Assembly: GCA_977862235.1 (NCBI GenBank)
Contig: OZ374558.1
Span: 310,001 to 374,000 of the forward strand
DNA from: Dudresnaya verticillata
Lineage: Eukaryota
Direction of reading: 5' to 3'
Length of the DNA stretch: 64,000 nt
Below are positions 13,093 through 24,413 of this stretch, in pieces (position 1 is the stretch's first letter; every line of letters starts with the position of its first letter). The position numbers were made by a program, and so were the translations under genes. Below the pieces are notes generated by a model that saw nothing but the letters and a program-made list of their open reading frames with translations, was not told the origin of the DNA and searched no databases.

Positions 13093-13433
13093 TGTGAACC
13101 TGTAACGAAAGATAGTAGTCTTTTACGACGGCTGATAACTTGTACCTCCTCCACAGTGTGTGCCGAGACCTGCCCTACTTATGTGGCACTACTGGTCTCA
13201 GCTCTAACCGGTGGATCACTACCAAAAGGCTCTACTACAGACTCTGTCCGATACTACTATTTGACTAGGGCAGAACGAAAAGGTAACTACTCGTGTTTGT
13301 CCCTATTCACGTCCGATCTTACTCATCTTAATCCGCCCCCGGTTTCATTGTAGTTCCCTTATGAGGTAATCCGAGATTAGCTGGGCCTTGGGCCAAGCAC
13401 ATTCCTGGTTTGCACGTGGCAACATTCTCTACA
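13093..13433 (-). repeat. 5' LTR of element 1
   Basis: Direct repeat of 8008-8348. Confidence 0.97.
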
Positions 13434-14802
13434 ATGGTGCTATTGCTAGATCTTGATTCAAACTTTCTTCAGATAGATATTGTTAGAACAATCTGCATTC
13501 GAGATTTGTTTGTGTGTGAACATTATAGAACTCCCAGTTCTAGAACGTTTCTTCAAAATCCTTTTTCCATCCCATGTTTTCCATCTGCGCATATTGTCGT
13601 CAATATCCTGGATTTTATGTGATAATCAAAGGGGGTTGTCTCCGAATCTACTAGCTCTGTTCTATTCGCTTCTGGAAGTTCTACATCGTCCAAGAGCTCA
13701 AAATGCATGGGAATGGCTTCCGTTCGCCTCATCCCTGGAGATTGTAGCTTTTTGTGCTGTTATATGTATTTATATTTCATTTTCTTCGAAGGAATGAAGT
13801 TCTGGATACATAGGGGTGCCTTCCTTTGTCCGTTCCCTTTTTTACAATAATGATAATAATAATAAAAGTGCTTAAATCCATGAAGGACATCTTCCCTGTT
13901 TCTGTGCGGTACATGAAGGGTAAGAGCTCCGAGACATCGAGCATCGCCTTCTATGTCTGAGTGGTTTACTCTAAAGACAAGGCCTAGGATTACGTACTCG
14001 TGATTAGATCGTCAGCGAGATCAGCTACATATTCGGGATATCACATCTCCATTTAGGTTAAATTTGATATTGTGCTCGTCTTTTACGATCTTTCCCGTGA
14101 CACTAATCCAGTCCTGTGTGTGCTGCATATGCGACAGGCTTTGAGGTGCTATTGGCCTTGAAACATACTCCAGCTTTACTGGCATAAAATTACGTTCCCT
14201 GTTTTCCTTCTCGGCACATATCTGGACAAAGTGCTCAACATTGCCTCTGAGTGATTCGAAAATGGATGAAGACTTCTGCCCAACATTGCTCTTTTCCCTA
14301 AACGTTTTATTCCTAGTCTAAAAACCCAATATGGAATCGTCGAGCCTATTTATTTTGTAGGAGATTTTCCAGTGTAGGTAGCCCGATAGGTTCGACGCCG
14401 CTTTTCCAGCACCTATTCCGTTCGCATTTTCGATGGTAAGCAGTGCTTTGCACAATTTCGATCCTGTAGAGCTATCTGTTGTCGGACAGCATCTTCTAGT
14501 AGACAGAACAGTTGCAAACAGAAAAATAGTGGAGAGAACTGTTGAGGCTTGTAGCAAGGTATGGTCCAGAGTGGCATGTTAGTTTGCCTCTTTCTACGCT
14601 TGTCACCCTCAGGCTTCGCACAACGATATTGTTGTTGGCGACGCAGTGCAGAAAACAGTAGAAAGTGAAACAAACACGTACATTCTCTTTCTGACAACGC
14701 GAGGATTCGCGGGGCTGCAATAGCCTCCCAAGTCTTGCGTATCCGGCCGTTTATGGGTTTACGCGCCCATTCGCATCGCATCTCAATTCACCTGGCCATT
14801 GC

Positions 14803-16470
14803 TGTGGTGCAAGGGCCCGGGGGTCACCCCTCTTTATATTGCTCTAGGCGCGGATGCCCGCGTGGTGGTACACGCTCGTCGACGGGCGAAGGTGAGCCGC
14901 GGGGATGGGTAAAATGTCGCCTATTGGCAAGCTGGGAGAGCGCGCGTGCGCATATAACGCGTCTGGGATCGTGCCAATGGGCAACGAGCCCTTGGCATTG
15001 CGCGCGCACCAACACTACACACGCCACCGCCGAACACGGAACACACGGGCCCAAGTGTACACGCGCACACGCGCGCCACAGATATCCGAGGGAGTCCTCG
15101 ACCGGGTGTGCGCCAGCAAGGCACTCCTTAGATTACACTGATTTAGAGTGCGGTAGTAGTATTCCTTCGTAGACATTTTTGCGCGATATATTTTAGTGAC
15201 CTCGCGGTGCGCGCTCATGCCAAGTGTCGGACGCACACGCTAGAAGCGCGCGTACCTCCCGCAAGGGTACTTAGTCCACGGAGTGTGTGGCATAGGCGTC
15301 AGGTCGAACTGATGTCTAGCGCGGCTGGTCTCGTAGTCGCACCCAGACCCGTCGAGGGGTGGTAGCGGTGGTGGTAGAGCGGTGGTGTCGGCCGCGCGCG
15401 CCGTCGACGGTCGCGGATCAACGGCGTCGAAGCCTGAGCGCGCACGGGGCGTACCGTACGCAGGCGGCAGCGGCCGGATCTCTGCGTCCCCATCGTGGGG
15501 CGGCAAGAAGCCGACGGTAGGGAAAGGAAAAGGGAAGCCTAGGCAGCTAGGGAAAGAGGGAAGCCGTAGGGTGAAGGACTGGGAAATAAACCCAAAGCAG
15601 AATGGGGCAAGCCTGGCGTAGGCTGGCTTGCCTTGTTTACTCAAGCCCAGAGCGGCGACTACTAAATATACTACAGGGCCTGCGGCGGCACCAACCCGGG
15701 AGGTGCGCCGACGCGCCCCACACGCGTCGACGCGTACGGGTAACGGTAACCCTGGGGCGCGCGTGGGCGAAACGGTCCACACGTACTCAACGGCTCGACG
15801 CCGGAGTACGCGCGCGCGTGTCACGCACTCAACGGCTCTACGCCGGAGTGCGTGCGCACGGCGCGCGGGACAGCAGGGCGTTCGACCGCCGTTTATACTA
15901 GGCGGTGCTGTACACTACACAACAAGAAACGTAGAAATTACATGAGAGTTTCACTGTCACACACGTACACGTGCATGCGCGGGCGCCACTGCGCACTTCC
16001 TTACAGTTCAGCGGGGCTTCGGCGCCACCGGCTGACAGCGTGCGCACAGCGGTGCACAAGTCGCGCAGCTGGTCTTACAGCTGCGTGTGTGTTGCACAGC
16101 TGGTCTTACAGCTATGCCACAGAGTGATCGCCTCTCACAGTAAAGCGCCAAACAGGCTTAGGGACTTGAGGATAACCCCGACTTCGCACTCGGTGACAGC
16201 ACTGCGCGCGACTCGGGCTTACGTACCCCGTTCCACTGCCTATCTTCAGCATCCTTCACCGGAGTACCCGCCTTCGTTGCTTTACGTCCCTCTCGCGCAC
16301 TACAACACGTATCGGGTTCTTACAGTCACCCTGTCCCCGCGTTGCGCTACAGAGGCCTACCTCGCTCTACCACACGTGACACGGCTTCACCGTCGTTGCC
16401 TGCTACCATGCGCGGGAGACCGCTCCGAACAATGGTCAGGGCAATTCCTGTTTTTCGGTCGTGCACCACA
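14803..16470. mobile_element. Solo LTR (family A) interrupted by a second solo LTR
   Basis: Termini TGTGGTGCA...TGCACCACA, the same ends as the element 4 LTRs. TSD ATTGC at 14798-14802 and 16471-16475. Confidence 0.88.
15286..16121. mobile_element. Solo LTR (family B) nested in family A solo LTR
   Basis: 10-bp terminal inverted repeat TGTGGCATAG...CTATGCCACA. TSD GAGTG at 15281-15285 and 16122-16126. Homologous to 26328-26955 (inverted) and 39935-40709. Confidence 0.92.
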
Positions 16471-16784
16471 ATTGCGGTGTCTGTATTGAGGTCGTTCTGC
16501 ATTAAAATCTATAGAACACTCTCAAGAGACATCCACCTGCATTTTCAACCGTGGCTAGTCGAATTTCACCTCGATAAAAATCGCGACACACCTCCCGCGA
16601 CTGAGTGCCGTTCCAGCCTGGGACCTTCGGATAGCCTCACCCGAGGTATAGAGAGATTTTACTTGGGAGAACTTCAAGCTCAGACTGCCTTCATTGAAGG
16701 AAGGAAGGCCGTTTCCTTTAAGCTCTGAAACGATCACTCAATTTGTATATTACTGTATCCGTTACTGGGTTTTGCTCCTTGCAG

Positions 16785-19700
16785 GGCATTGTTTGCTCTG
16801 ATGGGCACTACACCTTCTATAATATTGTTTTCTTTACGGCAGGAATTTGCTTTAAAAAAGGGAAGAGCAATTTTACGTTACCGCTTTGCAGGGCATTGCT
16901 TGCTCCGCTGGTCGTTACCGCTTGCATCGCATTGTATCAATTACGGTAGTGTTAAGCTTGTGGCGTACTGTTTAGGTTCCTACGGGCGACTATTATAGAA
17001 CTATATACTAACAGTTCTACTGCTAACCCTACCGCTCTGGGGAGGAGCACGAACACGGACTAGCATAAATACTGCTCCCTCTTGATGGAAGGTCGAGAAG
17101 CTTCTAGGGGCAACACAGTTTTGAAGGAGAAAGAGTCAAGAACACCTCGCGGGATTTACAGAAATTTCTGTTTTATACCTGCAGAGGACCAGATCGCGTC
17201 GTGTACTGACTATATCGCTAGGGGAGCGAGAAGAACACTTTGTTCAAGATGCCGCCTGTCACAAGGAGTGGACAGGTGACGAATAGGATGCCGACATTTA
17301 TGCAGCTTCAAGTGGGCTTGGAGTTAGTGCCCTATTTGCACCAGTCCAGCATCCGGTTTGGAGGAGTACTGATCCTATCAAAGATTCACGGTTCATGAGG
17401 GAGCGGGAGCGCTACGTTGATGAGGTAGTTGAGAAGCAGAAGGAGGTTCCATCCATGTCAATTGCGTCTTTCAAGGTTTCGGTTGATCGAAGCTTGTTGA
17501 AGACGCTAAATGGACTCGGAGAGCTGGAAGATGTCGCAGAAGGTGTTGAATTTGCAGAGCTTACTTCTGCCCAAATTGAATCATATGTCAAAGGAATTAT
17601 GGCGAAGAATAAAGAAGAGGATATTGTTCCAAGGGTCATCGAGGAAGCGTTGAAAGATATTCGTATGCCGATGTCTATTGTATATCCTAAGGCTCGCGTA
17701 TTGCAGTACGTACAAAGTATCTTCCAGGGTCTAGAAGGTGTCTCGTATGGGGACTTCAAGGATTGTAACCCGAAAAGGACGGTCAAATTGTTGCAGGAGC
17801 GCTTGCATCCCGCTCATATGCAAACTGCAATGGAAGCCCGACTGGACTACCAGCCTTGAATTGCTAAGAACTTCAAAGCGTACATAGTTATGCTTCAGAA
17901 ATATTCTATAATCCAGGCCCGCATAAACCTTGGCCGGGGACGTATTGACAAGAATGTCCAACAGAATGCGTCTGGTTCGAAGAGTGGCCAGGGCGCGAAG
18001 GAGAAAGGCGCTGCTTCGTCGAAGAAGAACAGTCAGTGTGATTCCAATGCTCCTGAATTGCTCTGACTCAATGAAGACTGTACAGCCAATGGTATAAGTC
18101 ACAAGGGTGGTGTGCCTAAATGCCCAATGACGTGCCTTGAAAGAGCTAAGGATCTAATTCAAGAACTAATGGAGACTGAAAGGCAGAAAGCCAAGCAGAT
18201 ATCATACAAGGAACGGAAAGGGTGTGATGATGATTATAATAACTCTACGATAATGGGAGTTGCTTCTGATAGGACTATTCATGCAAAGTTATGTGCTGAC
18301 GAGGGTTCAGACATTAACTTGCTCCCATCTACTGTATTCATCGAGCTTGTTGAACGACGAGCAGAGATGACTGTGCGGGAATTCAATACCCCTAAGAAGT
18401 TCGCACTCGCCGCATCTGACTTATTCGTGAGTTGCAACCGGGAGGTTTTGATGAACATTGAACTGCAAATCATGCATGGCAAGTCGTTGATGATTCGGAA
18501 CCTCCGATGGTTCGCTTCTGTCGAGCCCATAGACGAGCCACTATTGGGCAGGCCAATACAAGAGGCTTTAGGACTTGACACGAAGAATCTCATGGAGGCT
18601 GTGTGTGATAGATATCGAGGAGAGGTTGACGCTTCCGAGATCCTGGAAAAGGACTACCGAGACGGTTCTATTGCACGAATACTTTCTTCAGGTGTGTTTC
18701 ATTCAGACCGCGCCGCGGAGAATGCGGATGAGGCTGGTCTATCTGAACAACGAACGGAGTTGGGTGTCGACAACAAGCAGGAACTTGATGAGGCATTCCA
18801 GGGAATGCTATCTTCCGCTGTCGAAAGTCAAATCTCAAACTATGGCAAGGACAAATTGGAAGAAATGTTGACAGAGTTTCGTGATGCGTTTCGGGTCCGG
18901 CTCGGTCCAGGGCCGCCCGCCAAAGCTGAACCAATGCAACTAACTATGATTCCAGATGCCGTGCCGTAGATGTATAAATCTCTTCGTTATCCATCAGAAC
19001 AGAGGGACTATATGAAGAGACTGGTTGACCGATATGTAGAGTTTGGTATCGCTGTACCCAACAAGCATGCAGAATGGACATCGCCGCGTTTACTGGTGCA
19101 AAAAACTGGCTTTAAAAAGTACTAAACGACATTTGATCTTCGGTGCGATAACCAATATACAAATTCAGTGGCCTGGCCTATGCCACATATACAGTCAGAG
19201 ATACTAGACTTTGCGGGAAGCGGATACTTCGCCAGCAAAGATGTTTGTGCTTGCTATTGGTAAATGCCACTGCACGAGGAAAGCCAAGGGTGCCACAGTT
19301 TTGTGACCCCTGCTGGAGTCTACAAGCCTAGAGAACATTGAAGGGTGGCATGAATGCAGTCCAGAACTTCTAATCTAGAGTTGAACCTTTCTTTCAGTCT
19401 ATGGGGAAGGCTGTGAAAGCACGGTTGGATGACTTTGGAGTCCATTCAAACTCAGAAGAAGGTCTCCTTGCACACCTACGCAGTTTCTTTACGGTTTCCA
19501 GGGAACGTAACCTTAAAATATCTACCAAGAAATCTGTACTGTTTGATCGTAAGCTGCAGTGGTGCGGTTACGTGGTCGACGACAGTGGAGTGGAGTGTGA
19601 CCCCCGACGTCTAAGTGGGTTGAAATCATGATTCTACCCGGTGACAGCTGTAGAGTTTTTGTAGTTCGTGACCTGTCTGCAATGGATGTCAACTTATATA

Positions 19701-22036
19701 ACTGACTTTGCTTCAAAGGTTTCACCTCTGAGGGATCTGCTTGAGCAAGCGTAAGCGCAACCAGGAAAACGTACATCACGTTCTATTCAGGTCATAAGAC
19801 TATCATCGTTGCCATGGGGCCCTGTGCATTCTTACAAGAACAGCTGAAGAAGGCAGTGTGGCTGGCCCATCGGGATCAGTCCAAGGCGGTCTGTGTGTTT
19901 ACAGATGCTTCTGATGGGCATTGGGCGGCTGTACTGACTCATTGTGATGAGAGTTGTTTGGGTCTTCCTGTAGAAGATCAAAGACATGAACCCCTAGCAT
20001 TTCTCGGTTCGACTTTCAATGAAACGCAACAGAACTGGAGTAATTTTGAAAAAGAGGCGTATGCAGTTTTTCAAGCATTCGAAGAAAAGGACTTCATGTT
20101 GGCATGCGAAGATGAAAAACACTTGTCTACAGACCATCGAAACCTTTTCGTTCGTTTATAACCCTACTTCTCTGAATCCAATGCTAGGGAGGCATATTGT
20201 GAGCAAGGTACAAAGATGGGCACTGTTCTTATCGAGATTCATGTAGACAAGAGAACATATAAGCGGAGAAAGAAATGTTGCTGCTGATTGGATGACAAGA
20301 TGGTACGGAGGGTATCGTGGAAAGCGCAAGATGGCAAGGGGCATCACGAGTTTTATAAGATCAGAAGAATTAGTTAGGACTCCAAGCAGTCAATCATTTG
20401 ATATGCCTACTAACGACATGATCAAAAACGCGCAAGGGAATCCTGAGAAACGACCTGGAGACCTACTTTGTGGTGAAGATCGACTGTGCGGGAAGAACGG
20501 CCGCATTTGGATACCAGAAGAAGACATTGAGCTGCAGATGAAGCTCTTGGTTCTGAATCACTGCTAGGATGTTGCGCACCGCGGCTGTGACTCGACACTG
20601 AGTCGGTTAAAGGAGGAGTTCTACTGGGAGTCGATGGGGGACGATGTTCGAGAGTTTGTGGCGGGTTGGCTATTCGGTATTATGCCCAAGGGAGGCCAAC
20701 AGGTACCACGGCCGATACCCCTAGCCCTTCATGGAACGAATCCCAATGAGGTTACACACTTTGATTTCATTTTTATGGGTATTGGAAAGGATGGGTTAAG
20801 GTATATGTTGGTGATAAGGGATGACCTTTCCAGATACCTATGGCTTTGTCCTTGCGTAGATGCGGACCCAGCGGCTGCCGCGAAGCACAGCTCAAGATGG
20901 ATTAGGGTTTTCACGGCAATGGAATATTGGGTGAGCGACCAAGGATCGCATTTTGAAAATAAAGTTGTGGAAGAAATGGCCAAATTGTATAGGGTTAAGT
21001 ATCAATTTACTATAGCCTACTCTCCATTGGTTAATGGAATAGTTGATGTTTGTATGAGACATATTCGTGCGGCATGCACGGCAATCTTGTCCGGGCTGCA
21101 TCTCGGTCTGCAGGACGGGCCCCTGGTGATTGACATAGTTATATTTGCTTTGAATGAGGCACCACTGAAGAGGTTGGGGACACGTGAAGATGGAACATAC
21201 CGCACACAATTAGAGGTCATGACTGGGATTATGCCTACTTGCAGTATGCTCCCAATCACATATGAAGGTAATGCTCATATTACGGAGATAACCCAAGTTA
21301 GGGCAGGGCAGCTTATCAAGATTGACGTCCTACAAAATGCACCGGAGAACATGCGCAAAGACGGATCATAGCGTGTAACCAAGTCCAGACTCAAGCAGAT
21401 AGACCACCATAACCAACGCACCAAGGTAGTAACACCACACTTTGATGTTAGGGACTTCGTTGCGGTTAAAACAGCCCATGATAAGGGTCACAAGCTGCAA
21501 TTCCGATGGGTTGGTCCGCGCAGAATTTCCGGCACGAGCAGTGATTCTCTTTATGAAGTAACCGGATTGATTGATCTAAAAGTGGGGGTAGAACATGCAG
21601 CAAGGATTAGGCTTTACAGAACGAAGATGGATGGTGCTGTCGTATCCGCATAGCTACTTCGCCAGGCCCAGCATAGAGAACCCCATTTCCCAATGATGGC
21701 GGCATTGTTTGCTCTGCTGGTGCACTACCGCTAATAGAGAAATTTTACGCTTGCTGCGCGTTACCGCTTTGCAGGGCATTGCTTGCTCCGCTGGTCGTTA
21801 CCGCTTGCATCGCATTGTATCAATTACGGTAGTGTTAAGTTTGTAGAGTACTGTTTAGGTTCCTACGTGCTACTGTTCTAGAACTATATACTAACAGTTC
21901 TACTTCTCACCCTACCGCTCTGGGGAGGAGCACGAACACGGACTAGCATAAATGCTGCTGCCTCTTGATGGAAGGTCGAGAAGGGGAAACACAGTTTTGA
22001 AGAAGAAAGAGTCAAGAAAACCTCGCAGAGTTTACA
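16785..22036 (+). mobile_element. Decayed Ty3/Gypsy element 2, same clade as element 1
   Basis: LTR-like direct repeats ~16785-17160 and ~21701-22036, both ending TTTACA. Fragmented gag-pol 17249-~21680 is clearly similar to element 1 (RERERY.DE..EK.KEVPS, CADEGSDINL, EPLLGRPIQEALGLDTK, RLDDF, FTDASD, WVSDQGSH). Left boundary and TSD not resolved. Confidence 0.9.
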
Positions 22037-23344
22037 GAGGGCAGAGGCCGTCTTCAGATTAATTGAATTCGTTTCCACACCATCACGTTTAAATCACTTC
22101 ATTCTTCTAACGACGTCAAGCATATCGTCTTTTCTGTCTACTTTAGAGATGTATATGGCGAGGTACAAAAAAGGCACCGAAAGCGTTTCCCATTATTCTT
22201 GAAAATTCCATACTAGCGCGCCAGATATTTAAGATAGGGATACTGAAGTTTTTAACTTGTGAATGGTCCCCCCCTCAGTGGTATCCTGTACTGCAAAGTA
22301 CCCGCCCTGTCTTTGGTGCTCGAAATCTATTTAGTGTCTCGAAGTTGAAAAGGGAATTTGCTCTTGAATGGAATGGAATAGTTTTCATTACAGTATTTTG
22401 TACAAGTACGTAGCTGTGTTACAATAACTGTCCTTATCATCTTTTGTTGTTTCCCCAAATACTTTAAGTAGTTGTGAAAGTTTCGGATTGGGTTTTCTTT
22501 CAGAACAGAAATTATGCCTTGGCGACTCCCGCACTCATATACCGCATTAATATTCTAGACGGTCAAGTGTACCACCCTTGGGTCTTTGTGGAGCTGTGAG
22601 GGACGCAGATGAGATTATTGCTGAAACCTGCCGTTCTACTTAAATTAACAGTTTGGAGTTGTCACCGAGGCCATCTGACCCATTAGGTAAATGACTTCCT
22701 CAAAATTTTCGCATCGGACCGGATGGAAATGAGTGCATGTTCGAGACATCTGGGCTGCCACCCCACCTTTGGCCCAGTATACAAAACTATATATAAAATG
22801 TATATAGTTATGGCCCGGTATAGAACGTTTCCAACCGGTTTCCATTTCCCGAGGAAAATAAAGTTCAGTATGGAATGTAGTCTGCGTTTTCAGACTTCTG
22901 TAGCCCAGACTGGATTGTTCGCAAGAATTTCTGCTTGCTTCTTTCCATTAAAAGCCCTAGCATGGTGTAGGTTCAGTTTGTGTCTAGAAATTTCAACATA
23001 AGTCTCTGGGCAGATGCTTTCTGCTAATGAGAGATTGATAAATTGCGTCGCTGCTCCAAACTCTGAGTACAAGCTGAAATTATTTCCCTTGAAAATTAAC
23101 ATATCGCCGATTGATTCGGCCAAATCGTTTGTGTGAAAGGAAATCTGACTTGTGAGAAGACTTAACGCAGAAGCTGACGCAGTCTCCTGTTATATTCCTT
23201 TCGGGATTGGTGGCAACTTTTCCAATGATTGACTAACGCGCGGGCTATTGGTTTGCAAGTGGACACTCCTACTATCCTCTACTTTCGGGTTATGAATTTG
23301 TGTAGAACACAAAGGATATAGTAGAATGAAATTTCAAGTTGTTT

Positions 23345-23421
23345 ATCGTTACGACATATCCTATCCATTCTGAAAGAATGGATAGGATTCTGAAAGAATG
23401 GATAGGATATGTCGTAACGAT
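23345..23421. repeat. Perfect 27-bp inverted repeat with an internal 20-bp tandem duplication
   Basis: ATCGTTACGACATATCCTATCCATTCT (23345-23371) is the exact reverse complement of 23395-23421. TTCTGAAAGAATGGATAGGA occurs twice (23368-23407). Confidence 0.95.
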
Positions 23422-24143
23422 TACATAAGCTCCAGATGTTCCACCGTTTCCATCCGGCAGAAGGGTAGGGAACATTTTTCCCAGTCCTCATATCGACTAA
23501 ATTGGTAAAGAACTCTTTTCTTTCTCGAATGAATAGAATAGAAAATATCCCCAACATTTTTTCTCAGCCGATATTTTCCTTCTTTTTCTCTGCAAGCGCA
23601 ATTGGCGCACTTAAGGGAGTGGTAGCCACTTCATTTTCAACTATCTAATTTAGACGCCTCTCCTTGGACAGAGACTTTGGCAACAAACCTTGTTACTTTT
23701 GTGATCTGGAACCCGACACCTTCTGCTTCTGATGACCGTGGAGTTCGAAAAAGGAGTTTTAGTTATTTTCATATTATCCTGTGAGAACGAAACTTTCGCG
23801 TAAGCGGGGTACTTATGGATATATATGAGCTCAATAGAGCAAAATTAAGGTTTTGTGCAGCAATGACTCCATTGAGACACAAACGTTTTCCAATTCTATT
23901 ATAAAATATCTGATGTTCGACTAGACACGAACGTCACGCAGCGGCAATGTTGGTAGGGCCTTTTCCCGCGCTCTTCAGGGGAACGGGAATTTGTGAGGAG
24001 TTCGCACTGTCTTTTGGCTTGACGTTTGGTTTTTACTGCTTCCTTATTATACTCTCCGTTCCAGTCTCCCATCAACTATGTAAGGGTAGAACGTAAATAG
24101 ATGAGATACTGAAGTAAAGATTTTTCCTTTTTGTGTAGCGACG

Positions 24144-24384
24144 TGAGTGTCTGCGGAGCTAAAATGATTATCATCACAGTTCGCTTCTTTCTACATTCCC
24201 CCGTACCTTTCCTTGCTCTCTTGATGTCGAGAGGGAGGGTATTTTGCATTCAAACATATTCACGCGCGACTGAGTTCCGTGCCGCCCATTGGCCCTTCAG
24301 ACGCATTTGGACAAGAAGTCTCAGAAGCACTAAATTGCTATTTTCAAATTCGCGTACCGTAGGTGGACCAAGTTTCCATACTCA
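24144..24384 (-). repeat. Probable 3' LTR of the Copia element
   Basis: TGAGTGT...ATACTCA inverted ends. On the minus strand it is preceded by the purine tract GAAAGAAAAGGGG, just after the RNase H stop. Partner LTR not found. Confidence 0.6.
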
Positions 24385-24413
24385 TACCCCTTTTCTTTCA
24401 CGGCCAAAGTCAC

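Larger units (their letters stand above)
8008..13433 (-). mobile_element. Full-length young chromodomain Ty3/Gypsy LTR retrotransposon (element 1, 5.4 kb)
   Basis: 341-bp TG..CA LTRs at 8008-8348 and 13093-13433, identical by eye. TSD ATGG at 8004-8007 and 13434-13437. Domain order gag-PR-RT-RH-IN-chromo. Confidence 0.97.

Noticed and set aside
14735..16489. Many overlapping Arg/Ala-rich ORFs in GC-rich LTRs (also 39593-40688, 42074-43048, 54571-55278)
   Set aside because: They lie within LTRs and are expected by chance at high GC.
16744..16784. TGTA at 16744 as the left end of element 2
   Set aside because: The flank CAATT does not match GAGGG after 22036, and the 3' LTR lacks the matching segment, so the boundary is unverified.
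22890..23123. Short ORFs at 22890-23123, 14318-14557 and 30397-30810 as host genes
   Set aside because: Non-ATG starts, no recognisable domain or exon structure. They may be gene relics but cannot be supported.
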